Source: Pseudobdellovibrionaceae bacterium
Lineage (GTDB): Bacteria > Bdellovibrionota > Bdellovibrionia > Bdellovibrionales > JAMPXM01
Direction: 5' to 3'
Assembly (NCBI GenBank): GCA_947462815.1
Contig: CANHQR010000013.1
Location: forward strand, 3,520-67,519
Length of the DNA: 64,000 nt
Shown one piece after another: positions 26,419-35,447 of the stretch; the stretch's first letter is position 1, and each line of letters starts with the position of its first letter. The notes beneath the pieces were generated by a model. The model was not told the DNA's origin. It saw only the letters and a program-made list of their open reading frames with translations, and did not search any database. A program made the position numbers and the translations under genes.

Positions 26419-27525
26419 TCAAACGTTGAAGCGGAAGAACAAAATATCGCCGTCTTTTACTTCGTAGTCTTTGCCTTCGAGGCGGTATTTTCCCGCATCT
26501 TTGACGGCCTGCTCGGACTTCAGAGTAAACAAGTCATCGCTATGGTAGGTCTCCGCGCGAATAAAACCTTTTTCGAAATCCGTGTGAATGACGCCGGCCG
26601 CTTGCGGGGCTTTCATGCCGCGACGAATAGTCCAAGCTCGGACCTCTTTTTCACCTGCGGTGAAGTAGGTGAACAGATCCAAAAGCTTATACGCCTCGCG
26701 AATCAAGCGATTGAGGCCAGGCTCTGTGGCATTCATCGAAGCCAAGAACTCAGCGCGCTCCTCGGGCGGGAGCTGAGCGATTTCGGCTTCCATGGCTGAG
26801 CAAATCAGGATCGCCTTGTTGCCTTCGCTCGCCGCGAACTTCTCCACGAATCGCGACCACTCATTGCCGCCGCTGGCAAAATCCGCATCGGAGACATTGC
26901 AGGCGTACAAAACGGGCTTCATCGACAGCAGATGCAGATCGCGCACGATCAAGCGCTCGGCATCATCCAACTCGACGGAGCGGGCGGCGCGACCTTGTCC
27001 GAGAGCATCCATGACTTTTTTGAAGGCATCGTACTCGGCTTTCAATTTTTTGTCGGTCCCTGTCTTGGCGACCTTCTCAATTTTCTGCACACGTTTTTCA
27101 ACGCTATCCAAATCAGCCAACATCAGTTCGGTGTTGATGACACCGATGTCCCGGAGTGGGTCGACGGAGCCCGAAACGTGCACAATATTGGGATCGTCAA
27201 AGCAACGAACCACATGCACGATCGCGTCTGTCGAGCGAATGTGTCCGAGAAACTGGTTGCCGAGGCCTTCGCCCTTCGAAGCGCCGGCGACGAGACCCGC
27301 GATGTCGACAAATTCCATCGAGGTCGGAACCAAAGATTTCGGCTTAATCAGTTCGCTGATTTTGCGAAGTCGCTCGTCGGGAACGGGCACGACGCCCACA
27401 TTGGGATCGATGGTGCAGAAGGGATAGTTTGCCGCTTCGGCCTTGGCCGAGGTCAGTGCGTTGAACAGCGTGGATTTCCCCACGTTCGGAAGACCTACAA
27501 TTCCTACCTGCAATGCCATATCCAT
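26419..27525 (-). CDS. ychF: redox-regulated ATPase YchF
   Basis: G1 GIVGLPNVGKSTLFNALT, DIAGLVAGASKGEGLGNQFL, and a YchF-type C-terminal domain ending FFRFNV. Confidence 0.95.
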   Translation of the reverse strand: MDMALQVGIVGLPNVGKSTLFNALTSAKAEAANYPFCTIDPNVGVVPVPDERLRKISELIKPKSLVPTSMEFVDIAGLVAGASKGEGLGNQFLGHIRSTDAIVHVVRCFDDPNIVHVSGSVDPLRDIGVINTELMLADLDSVEKRVQKIEKVAKTGTDKKLKAEYDAFKKVMDALGQGRAARSVELDDAERLIVRDLHLLSMKPVLYACNVSDADFASGGNEWSRFVEKFAASEGNKAILICSAMEAEIAQLPPEERAEFLASMNATEPGLNRLIREAYKLLDLFTYFTAGEKEVRAWTIRRGMKAPQAAGVIHTDFEKGFIRAETYHSDDLFTLKSEQAVKDAGKYRLEGKDYEVKDGDILFFRFNV

Positions 27526-28181
27526 TACCTCTTTTTACTTCGTTCCGATTCATCAGCCGAATGCCCGGAAGAGCTGCCGGCCCCAACAGTTTCATCGCCG
27601 AGAGAAATAGGCCCACGTGTACATTTGGTGGCGGCTTTCGATAGGCCATCGATCACCCAAGCCTCGATGGCGTCACCCGCGAGATCCAAGAACTCAGGCA
27701 AATGTTCGGCTTCGTCCGTAAAAAACGGAGAGAGCACCCAATTCGCTATGTCCCAGCGTGAATCGGGGGGCTTGCCAACCCCCAGCTTCACGCGCGCATA
27801 GTCTTGTGTACCGAGAGTCTCATTGATGCTTTTGAGACCGTTGTGGCCACCCGGGCCGCGATTGCGCTGCATTTTGAGCGCACCGAAGCCTAGATCCAGC
27901 TCATCGTGAAGAACCAGCAGCTGATCGACGGAGATTTTGTAAAAGTCCATCAGCGAGCGGACGCTTTCTCCGGAGTTGTTCATGAAAGTTTGCGGCTTCG
28001 CGAACAAAACCTCGTGCCCGTCGATCTTGGCCCGCGTGACCAGAGCTTTTCGCTCTTCTTTCCAAGCGGGGCGAGCGTGTCCAGCCGACTCGAAGTAGCG
28101 ATCGAGAGCCATGAAGCCGATGTTGTGCCGGGTGAGCAGGTACTTTGCTCCCGGATTCCCAAGGCCCACGATCAGAAACAT
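27525..28181 (-). CDS. pth: peptidyl-tRNA hydrolase
   Basis: LIVGLGNPGAKYLLTRHNIGF and GGHNGLKS. Start set at ATG 28181 (track start 28238). Ser/Gly-rich C-terminal tail. Confidence 0.92.
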   Translation of the reverse strand: MFLIVGLGNPGAKYLLTRHNIGFMALDRYFESAGHARPAWKEERKALVTRAKIDGHEVLFAKPQTFMNNSGESVRSLMDFYKISVDQLLVLHDELDLGFGALKMQRNRGPGGHNGLKSINETLGTQDYARVKLGVGKPPDSRWDIANWVLSPFFTDEAEHLPEFLDLAGDAIEAWVIDGLSKAATKCTRGPISLGDETVGAGSSSGHSADESERSKKR

Positions 28182-28258
28182 CCCGACTCTCCTCAAAACC
28201 TGCACGGCGCTGAAAAGCCCGTGAATGCCGATTTTCAAAAAACAAAATGCTCATCATG

Positions 28259-28280
28259 AAAAAGGCCGCGCGAAGCGGCC
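28259..28280 (-). terminator. intrinsic terminator after the L25/ctc gene
   Basis: Minus strand reads GGCCGC-TTCGC-GCGGCC followed by TTTTT, about 30 nt after the L25 stop. Confidence 0.6.
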
Positions 28281-28310
28281 CTCTTCCAGGAATTCGCCTT
28301 CTCCAGCGGA

Positions 28311-28997
28311 TTACTTTTTGTCTTTGCCAGCAGCCGGAGCCGCCGCGCCAGCAGCCGGAGCCGCGCCAGCAGCCGGAGCGGCTGCACCTGCCTCCGGAGT
28401 TGCCGCCGCAACAGGAGTTACCGATTCTTCCTTCGGAATTGCGCAAGTTGCGATCGTCAGAGTTCCCGAAGTCATCACGCGAATGTTCGCGGGCAACTTT
28501 AAGTCCGAAACGTGCAGAGCATCGCCCACGCCGAGGGGCGAGACGTCGGCCACGATTTCAGCAGGAATATCGAGAGGACGGCACTCCACTTCGATTTCGC
28601 GCATGACCCACTCCAACACACCGCCGTCGGAAGCGCCCGCCGGCTTGCCTTCGATCCGCAGCTGAACGGTCACGCGCAGCTTTGAGTCCATATCGATGGC
28701 GTAGAAGTCGATGTGCTGAGGGCGGCGATTCACGGGGTGAACCTGGATTCCGCGAAGCAGAACCGCCATTTGATTGAGAGTTTTGTCTTCGGATTTCAAT
28801 TGGAAGATCGTCGATTCGAATTTTGCACCCGAATAGCGGCGAACGGTCAGCTCATCCGTCATGACGTTGATGGGTTGAGTCTTCGGACCGTAAACCACGC
28901 CCGGTACCATTTCTTTGGTGCGAATGGCGCGCGATGGGCCTTTGCCGGTTTCGCGAGTTTGAACTTGGATCTCGGGACGTTGTCCTTGCGTTGTCAT
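28311..28997 (-). CDS. rplY: 50S ribosomal protein L25 / general stress protein Ctc
   Basis: L25 N-domain (RETGKGPSRAIRTKEMVPGVVYG) plus a Ctc-type C-domain. Ends in an Ala/Pro/Gly repeat tail. Confidence 0.9.
   Translation of the reverse strand: MTTQGQRPEIQVQTRETGKGPSRAIRTKEMVPGVVYGPKTQPINVMTDELTVRRYSGAKFESTIFQLKSEDKTLNQMAVLLRGIQVHPVNRRPQHIDFYAIDMDSKLRVTVQLRIEGKPAGASDGGVLEWVMREIEVECRPLDIPAEIVADVSPLGVGDALHVSDLKLPANIRVMTSGTLTIATCAIPKEESVTPVAAATPEAGAAAPAAGAAPAAGAAAPAAGKDKK
28326..28379 (-). repeat. imperfect 18/21-bp coding tandem repeat (gccagcagccggagc x3) encoding the AAPAAG tail of L25
   Basis: Three copies of gccagcagccggagc at 28326, 28347 and 28365, read directly from the sequence. Confidence 0.85.
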
Positions 28998-29140
28998 CTT
29001 TCTCTTCCTCCAGGAGCGTTTCCCAGCGCTTTATTGCGGGAGTCGATCTGACTCACATCGCCTGCGTACGCTTTGTCCGCCTTGCCCGTTGTGGCTCGAA
29101 CTCGAATCGCAGATCGAGAGCGAGCGGTTAACTTTACGTC

Positions 29141-30085
29141 TTACTCAAACAGCGAACTCACGGATGCGTTGCCGTAAATTCGCTGAATGGCTTCGGCCAC
29201 CAAAGGTGCCACCGTCACCACTTCAAATTTGCCCGAGGCCACCGCCGCTTCACTCAGCGGAATGCTGTCGGTCACAATCACTTTCTCAAGTCGACTTTCT
29301 TTGATGCGACCGACGGCCGGGCCCGAAAGCACGGCGTGTGAAGCCACAGCGAGGACACTCTTAGCGCCGTTTTTATAGAGAGTTTCCACGCCTTGCGTGA
29401 GCGTTCCGGCTGTGTCGATCATGTCATCGACGATGATGGCCGTTTTGCCGCTCACATCTCCAATCAGGTGCAGAGCTTTGGCTTCGTTGGGCCCCGATCG
29501 GCGCTTGTCGATGATCGCCAAAGAGCACTCCAAGCGCTTGGCGAAAGCGCGTGTGCGCTCCACGCCACCCGCATCAGGAGAAACCGCGACAAAGTCTTCG
29601 CCGGTGCCATGCAGTTCGCGGAAGGAGCGGGCCAGTGTTGGGATCGCGAAGAGGTGATCCACGGGAACGTTGAAGAAACCCTGGATCTGCGCCGCATGAA
29701 GGTCGACGCAAACCACGCGTGTCGCGCCCGCGGCGGTGATCAGATCGGCCACGCATTTCGCCGAGATCGGCGCTCGAGGGGCGACTTTGCGATCTTGCCG
29801 AGCGTAGCCGTAGTAGGGCATGACGGCCGTGATTTGCCGAGCCGATGCGCGCTTGAGCGCATCGATCATCATGAAAAGCTCCATGTAATTTTCGTTTACG
29901 GGTGGGCAGGTCGACTGAATCACGAAAACCGAGTCACCGCGAACGGACTCATGAATTTCGACTTGGACCTCGCCGTCAGCGAAACGTTTGATTTCGCAGA
30001 AGCCGAGTTGCACGCCGGCCGATTGCGCGACCTTTTGTGCGAAGGAAGGATTGGAATTTCCTGCGAAAATCTTAAGTCCTGGCAT
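29141..30085 (-). CDS. prs: ribose-phosphate pyrophosphokinase
   Basis: KIFAGNSNP, YARQDRK, DLHAAQIQGFF, IVDDMIDTAGT. Confidence 0.95.
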   Translation of the reverse strand: MPGLKIFAGNSNPSFAQKVAQSAGVQLGFCEIKRFADGEVQVEIHESVRGDSVFVIQSTCPPVNENYMELFMMIDALKRASARQITAVMPYYGYARQDRKVAPRAPISAKCVADLITAAGATRVVCVDLHAAQIQGFFNVPVDHLFAIPTLARSFRELHGTGEDFVAVSPDAGGVERTRAFAKRLECSLAIIDKRRSGPNEAKALHLIGDVSGKTAIIVDDMIDTAGTLTQGVETLYKNGAKSVLAVASHAVLSGPAVGRIKESRLEKVIVTDSIPLSEAAVASGKFEVVTVAPLVAEAIQRIYGNASVSSLFE

Positions 30086-30297
30086 GGGTCCAAAGATTTA
30101 GCCCGGGCGCATCGCGTTGTCCAGAAAGGACTCAGGAAATGCCAGGGATTGAGGTGTCTGACCACCGACCCAATAAGGTCCATGGAAGGTCCCCCCCGGG
30201 CCCCGTTCTCGCCACCCGAAGACGGTGATGAGCGAATGTGGGGCGGCTCGAACTTGTGCCTAAGCCTTAGGCGGCTCGGATCGCTGATTTCAATCGC

Positions 30298-30909
30298 TTA
30301 TTTAAGCAGAAGCGCGAGCAGTTGACGGGCGGCTTGGCCCCGGTGAGACAGCTTGTTTTTGAGCTCCGGCGCGATTTCGGCCATGGTTTTTTTTCCCGTA
30401 TTTTCAGGGTGATGTGGGATGAAGAGAGCATCATAACCGAAGCCGTTTTTACCGGCTTCGGTCTTGCCGATTTCGCCCTCGCAGCGCGCCTCAAAGCGGT
30501 GTTCGACACCCTGTGGGTCAAAGACGTGCAGCGCACAAACAAATGCAGCGTTTCGGTTGGGCATGGGTTTGAGGGCCATCATTTTGATGAGCTTCGCGCG
30601 ATTTTCGCCATCGCTGGCTTTGGGACCAGCATAACGGGCCGAATGCACGCCCGGTAAACCATTGAGGCCCTCAACCGCGAGACCCGAATCGTCGGCCACG
30701 ACCCAAACTCCGGCTGGAGCCACAGCGCGAAGTGATCGGGCCTTAAGCCGCGCATTGTCCGCGAAGCTCGCCCCGTTCTCTTCAGGTGCATAGTAAGTAT
30801 CGAGATCTTGCGGCGTCTTCACCTTCCAGCCGGACTTTGTGAGGGGCTCGAAGATCGATTCAAACTCAGCGACTTTGCCTCGGTTGGTTGAGGCGATCCA
30901 GATTTCCAT
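30298..30909 (-). CDS. rdgB: dITP/XTP pyrophosphatase (RdgB/HAM1 family)
   Basis: IWIASTNRGKVAEF, GFGYDALFIP, KNKLSHRGQA. Confidence 0.9.
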   Translation of the reverse strand: MEIWIASTNRGKVAEFESIFEPLTKSGWKVKTPQDLDTYYAPEENGASFADNARLKARSLRAVAPAGVWVVADDSGLAVEGLNGLPGVHSARYAGPKASDGENRAKLIKMMALKPMPNRNAAFVCALHVFDPQGVEHRFEARCEGEIGKTEAGKNGFGYDALFIPHHPENTGKKTMAEIAPELKNKLSHRGQAARQLLALLLK

Positions 30910-30923
30910 GCGCGTTCACCTTG

Positions 30924-31679
30924 TTAAGTCGAGGTGAGAGTCAGCATGCTGCCGACAAGCTCAGCTTGTTTATGAAAAAGCTCTCGGCAAGCCGCGCTAG
31001 CTCTGTCCAAAACGAGGCTCATTTCCTCACGTGAAAAGGGTGTGGCCTCGGCTGTACCTTGCACTTCGACAAAGCGTCCATCTGCCGTCATCACAATGTT
31101 CATGTCCGTGCCGATTCGTGCGTCTTCTTCATAGCAAAGGTCGACCAGTGCTTGGCCCTCATCCAGGCCGACGCTGATCGCGCTCACATATTGAACCAGT
31201 GGGTGACGGTTGCGGTCAGTGGGCAGTAGCCCGGCAATTTTAAGCTTTTCAATCGCAAAGGCCAGAGCCACAAAACCGCCGGTGATCGCGGCCGTGCGTG
31301 TGCCTCCATCGGCCTGTAGCACATCGCAATCGACTGTGATCTGGCGTTCACCCAAAGCCTTCAAATCGACGGCCGCTCGCAATGATCGCCCGATGAGTCG
31401 TGAGATCTCTTGGCTTCGTCCGGAGTTGTTGGCTTTATCGCGCGTGATCCGCGTGTGCGTCGAGCGAGGCAACATGCCATACTCGGCGGTGACCCAGCCG
31501 CGACCTCCGCCTTGCAGCCACTTCGGCACACCGGGCTCGACGCTCGCCGTGCAGAGCACGCGCGTGTCGCCAAACTCGACGAGGGCGGAACCCTCGGCAT
31601 GACGAGTGAAATGAGGAGTGATGCGGATGGGACGAAGGGCCTCGGCCTTGCGGCCGTCGGGACGTGTGCTGATCGGCAT
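30924..31679 (-). CDS. rph: ribonuclease PH
   Basis: [47 protein letters not shown]. Start set at ATG 31679 (track start 31766). Confidence 0.93.
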   Translation of the reverse strand: MPISTRPDGRKAEALRPIRITPHFTRHAEGSALVEFGDTRVLCTASVEPGVPKWLQGGGRGWVTAEYGMLPRSTHTRITRDKANNSGRSQEISRLIGRSLRAAVDLKALGERQITVDCDVLQADGGTRTAAITGGFVALAFAIEKLKIAGLLPTDRNRHPLVQYVSAISVGLDEGQALVDLCYEEDARIGTDMNIVMTADGRFVEVQGTAEATPFSREEMSLVLDRASAACRELFHKQAELVGSMLTLTST

Positions 31680-31762
31680 GGCTTTAGTCCTACAAACTTG
31701 CCGAATCGAAGTCCAGCGTTGAGCGCAGGCGCCGTAGGCACGGCCGAAGTTTGCAGTGGGGC

Positions 31763-32818
31763 TCAACGCCAGCGCTTCTGGTAGCGGTTTAGGCCTTCGG
31801 CGATGGCTTGAACGAGGCTGCTTTGATAAGCGTCGGTCGTGAGCTCATGGCCCTCGATCTTGTGGCTGAGGAATCCCACTTCGACGAGCACCGACGGAAT
31901 GGCCACGTAGCTGACGAGGTAGAACGGTGCTTGGCGAATGGCTTGCCCGCCGCGAGATCTTTGTTTCACGGCAGAGCTGTCGCGCCAAGCGCGGTGGAGT
32001 TCTACGGCCAGTGAGCTGGAGCTTTCCACGCGCGACTGACGAGAGAGGTCAGTCAAAATGCGTTTTACATCTCGGCGAGCCGATTCAGGCACGCGCTCGA
32101 GGGAGGGGAGCTGGCGTCCTTCGGCTTGCCGGATGCCGCTGGCGTCAATGCGTTCATTCATACTGCGCATGGAGTTTTGTAGGGTCAGAGAAATTTCGTG
32201 ATCGTGAGCATGTTGATGCGTGAGCTCCGTGCCCGCCATGAAACTGATCTCACTGTTTTCGCGACTCGCCAAGAACATCGACTCTTCGTCGACCGGAAGC
32301 TGGTTTTGAAAATAGAACTCTTTGCCTTTCGCTCTCGGGTCCGTCGACGAGTTGAGATGTAAGCTCAGTAGCAAATCATAATCGCCGCTGTTGGCGAGTT
32401 GCGCACGTGAATCAAGGCTGACCGTTATGTCGCTGTTTCGAGTCAGGGCCACGCTAAAGCCACGGCTCTCCAGTTCGCCTCTTAACTTTTGCGCGAGTTT
32501 CAAAGTGATCTCGGATTCCTTGATTTCGCCGCGTGTGGCACCGGCGTCTTGGCCGCCGTGACCGGGGTCAAGCAGTACGCGAAGAGGGCGAGAGGTCGAA
32601 CTCGATGGAGTGGGTGACGGGAGCGGAGCGTTCGCGTTTTGAGTGTGGCCTTCCGCGCTGAGCAGGACACAAAGAAAACCCAGCATCATGTGGCGCCAAG
32701 CGCCGCGCTTCGACATGAAAAGGAAGGCGGGTTTGCGGTCTGGCGATTGGTGGCGAAGCTCAAAAGGTTCTCGAGGCATAGATTTCAGTTTGCCTCGGTT
32801 ATCAAAGTGCAGCCACAC
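31763..32818 (-). CDS. N-acetylmuramoyl-L-alanine amidase (Amidase_3/AmiC-like)
   Basis: [36 protein letters not shown]. Signal peptide. GTG start. Confidence 0.88.
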   Translation of the reverse strand: MWLHFDNRGKLKSMPREPFELRHQSPDRKPAFLFMSKRGAWRHMMLGFLCVLLSAEGHTQNANAPLPSPTPSSSTSRPLRVLLDPGHGGQDAGATRGEIKESEITLKLAQKLRGELESRGFSVALTRNSDITVSLDSRAQLANSGDYDLLLSLHLNSSTDPRAKGKEFYFQNQLPVDEESMFLASRENSEISFMAGTELTHQHAHDHEISLTLQNSMRSMNERIDASGIRQAEGRQLPSLERVPESARRDVKRILTDLSRQSRVESSSSLAVELHRAWRDSSAVKQRSRGGQAIRQAPFYLVSYVAIPSVLVEVGFLSHKIEGHELTTDAYQSSLVQAIAEGLNRYQKRWR

Positions 32819-32856
32819 GGCCTATGGCTAAAAAGTACGTGACGGTGCGAGTGGGC

Positions 32857-32897
32857 AAAAAAAAGCGGCCTGGCTTTGGGGGGGGTGCCAGACCGCT
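32857..32897 (-). terminator. intrinsic terminator (minus strand)
   Basis: Minus strand reads GCGGTCTGGC - loop (C-run) - GCCAGGCCGC followed by TTTTTTTT; 10-bp stem with one mismatch. Lies about 140 nt after the 33036 ORF stop. Confidence 0.65.
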
Positions 32898-33035
32898 CAA
32901 AAGGGGGTTGCATAGAGGAGGAGCAAGGGCGAGACCAACCGGCCTCACGGTGTTGTAAACGAAGTTTCAAAGACTTAGCTCAGTCGGCCGTGTCTAGACC
33001 TTTGACAGGGGACGCCGCTCGGGGGCACCCGGTCT

Positions 33036-33719
33036 CTATCGACGAGCCAAGCACTTGATCGAACGGGTCCTGACCACGGGAATGTGCAGGGGCTGGTCTG
33101 TGTTCAGATCAACGTACTCTTCAGTTTGGTTATAGTTCCTGAATTCGAATTCCCGTGGACCTTTTGTCGTAAACTCCCAGCCATGCTTTTCCACGGCGAG
33201 AATTGTGCCGTTCTTCTTGTACTCCTCACGATAACTATTAAGGGCACGCGTTTGATTGAAGGTCCGCCGCTGCTCGACGGTCCGAAAGATGGGATTGGCT
33301 ATGGGCCCTTTGTCCGACGTGATCTGGGCCATCACCTGCGAGAGATTCATTGTGTATTGATTCTTGTAATTGGGTTGAGCGGGATAAAATAGAATTTGCC
33401 CCATTGCCGTCGGGATCCCGATGGCCTGAGGTCCATAGGTGACAGAGCGGATCAGTCGAAACCGCGAAGGCAGGCTGTCGAGATCGTCTGCCGTGCAAGC
33501 CACGGAGAGTTGATCCACCTCGCACTGACAGCTCGAAGGGTCGGGTGAATACCGATCGCTTGCGATGGCTTGCAGAATCCCTGTGGGAGCACTTCGGGCA
33601 TAGGCCGACTGTCCCGGCAGCGCGCTGAATCCAATGAGAGAGGCCAAGGCCATCGGCATCGATTTGGACAGCCAACTAGGAAACTTCAAAGTCTTTGTTT
33701 TCATTAAAGTATGCGGCAT
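33036..33719 (-). CDS. hypothetical secreted protein
   Basis: Signal peptide (MPMALASLIGFSALPGQSAYA). Visibly more A/T-rich than its neighbours. No recognisable motif. Confidence 0.5.
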   Translation of the reverse strand: MPHTLMKTKTLKFPSWLSKSMPMALASLIGFSALPGQSAYARSAPTGILQAIASDRYSPDPSSCQCEVDQLSVACTADDLDSLPSRFRLIRSVTYGPQAIGIPTAMGQILFYPAQPNYKNQYTMNLSQVMAQITSDKGPIANPIFRTVEQRRTFNQTRALNSYREEYKKNGTILAVEKHGWEFTTKGPREFEFRNYNQTEEYVDLNTDQPLHIPVVRTRSIKCLARR

Positions 33720-33961
33720 CGGTCACCATCCTTCATTTCAGTTAGGCGTTTTTTTCTCGAGCGGAGACGGTCTCCGTTCAAGATGTGAAGTCATCAACTC
33801 ATCTGCGTCGGATGGTAGGCTCTGCAGCCGAAGAGCCAATCGCTTTGCGAAATGAGCAACGCTCAGGCGTCAATGCTGGAGCTGCGTCTGCATGTGCACG
33901 GATCGCTGGGATTTTTTCTTTCACGGCGCCCAATTCTGTCATGGCGTCCTCAGGCTTCGGC

Positions 33962-34678
33962 TCAATTCGATAAGATGCGATGCGAGCGAAAGCTCAACTC
34001 GTGTCTGAGGTACGGTGTGAGCTGCCAATCAATTGCGGCTTGATGCTCAACTTCTAAAGCGGCGTTGAGCCAATGGGTGTCGTGGTCAATTTGCACCTGG
34101 GTGCTCGGCCATGACCACAGATCATGGAGGCTTGCCCAGGGTCGATCGCAAAGTGCTTCCTGAAGAAGTTGGCGCGCCATTGCGGTGGGGCGAACGAAAC
34201 TCGGGGCGAGAAGTTCAATCTGCCCGAGTAGGCCAAAGAACAACACGGTATCGATCTGTTCGTTTTCAAGCCAGTGTGCAAAGTCATCAGGCTTGGACGA
34301 CCACCAAGGAAGTCGATCCGTGCGCGTGTCAAAGCTCAGTGCGACTCGACGGTGAATTGTTGCAGGAAGCTTTTGCCATCGGCGCCGCCAAATCACTCGT
34401 GCGATCGGGTCGGGTTCCACGATGCGCACTTCGCCGAATCGATCCACAAGGGTAAAGAACTTCGCAAACTCCAGGAGGTAGCCCGCACTTGGACCGAAAA
34501 TCGCCATGCGGCCAACGCGACGAGTGAAGGGAGCTTCGAATTGTTGGGCTGGAGTTTGAAGTTCGCGCAACCAAGCACAGGCGGCTTCGGTGACCTGTTG
34601 ACGTGTCGATTCCCACGTCGAGCGATTCTGCCAAGCGCGCAGATGGTAGACGAGGCCTCCGGTCGGCGATAGGATCAT
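33962..34678 (-). CDS. hypothetical protein (weak Rossmann/MTase-like pattern)
   Basis: Start set at ATG 34678 to avoid overlap with the divergent gre gene (track start 34936). RMAIFGPSAGYLL, EVRIVEPD and IDTVLFFGLLG loosely resemble SAM-MTase motifs I/II/IV. Confidence 0.4.
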   Translation of the reverse strand: MILSPTGGLVYHLRAWQNRSTWESTRQQVTEAACAWLRELQTPAQQFEAPFTRRVGRMAIFGPSAGYLLEFAKFFTLVDRFGEVRIVEPDPIARVIWRRRWQKLPATIHRRVALSFDTRTDRLPWWSSKPDDFAHWLENEQIDTVLFFGLLGQIELLAPSFVRPTAMARQLLQEALCDRPWASLHDLWSWPSTQVQIDHDTHWLNAALEVEHQAAIDWQLTPYLRHELSFRSHRILSN

Positions 34679-34705
34679 GACTCTATCCGATAGGAGTTTG
34701 CGAAT

Positions 34706-35347
34706 ATGAGCAAGGCCTTCGTTCGTGAAGATGACGCTGATAATTCGAGCGATTTGGATTCGTTGGGATTTGATGCCGACGAGATCGATACCGCTGGCGA
34801 AGGGGATCTCGGCGATCAGGACGGGGATGATGGTGATGGGATTGTGGCAAAGGCCATCGCTCAAGCGGGCGGTAAGAACTATATCACCGTCAAAGGTTTG
34901 GAGCGTTTGAAGGCGGAGCTGCATGAGCTTCTGCATGTGGAGCGACCGAAAGTTGTCGATGTGGTGGCTTGGGCGGCCTCCAATGGCGATCGCTCGGAAA
35001 ACGCGGACTACACCTACGGCAAAAAACGTCTGCGTGAAATCGATCGTCGAGTACGATTTTTACAACGGCGCATCGATATGGCCGTACCTGTTGAACCCGC
35101 CACTCAGAAGGGCCCAAAGGTCTTGTTTGGCGCCAGCGTCACAGTGGGTGACGAAGAGGGCCGGGAGCGTGAGTACGCGATCGTTGGCGTCGACGAAACG
35201 CATGCCGAGCGAGGGCGAGTGAGTTGGATTTCTCCCATTGGTCGTGCGCTTTTGCAGGCTCAAGTGGGCGATGTGGTGGTGCTGCGTTCGCCGAAGGAAG
35301 ATGTGGAACTTGAAGTTCTTAAGATCGAGTATAAGTCCTTGGACTAA
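34706..35347 (+). CDS. GreA/GreB-family transcript cleavage factor (GreB-like) with acidic N-terminal extension
   Basis: ITVKGLERLKAELHEL, AASNGDRSENADYTYGKKRLREIDRRVRFLQRRI, VSWISPIGRALL. About 55 Asp/Gly-rich residues precede the Gre core. Confidence 0.85.
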   Translation: MSKAFVREDDADNSSDLDSLGFDADEIDTAGEGDLGDQDGDDGDGIVAKAIAQAGGKNYITVKGLERLKAELHELLHVERPKVVDVVAWAASNGDRSENADYTYGKKRLREIDRRVRFLQRRIDMAVPVEPATQKGPKVLFGASVTVGDEEGREREYAIVGVDETHAERGRVSWISPIGRALLQAQVGDVVVLRSPKEDVELEVLKIEYKSLD

Positions 35348-35359
35348 GGGCCGCCGATC

Positions 35360-35387
35360 TTTGATCGCAGTTCGGTCAACGATCAAA
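35360..35387 (+). terminator. hairpin after the gre gene (weak terminator candidate)
   Basis: 8-bp stem TTTGATCG / CGATCAAA with a 12-nt loop, 13 nt after the stop; no U-run. Confidence 0.25.
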
Positions 35388-35447
35388 ACTGAACTTCCGT
35401 CGAGGGCCAGTGTTGGCCGCGCGATGCGAAGTTGTTAGTTTAGAGAG

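Noticed and set aside
30086-30297. 210-bp spacer between rdgB and prs, with small hairpins (CCTAAGGCTTAGG; CACCG-TCTT-CGGGTG) and a direct repeat GAGCCGCC x2. Considered as a tRNA or leader RNA.
   Set aside because: No cloverleaf can be drawn and the stems are short. It is probably just the prs promoter and leader.
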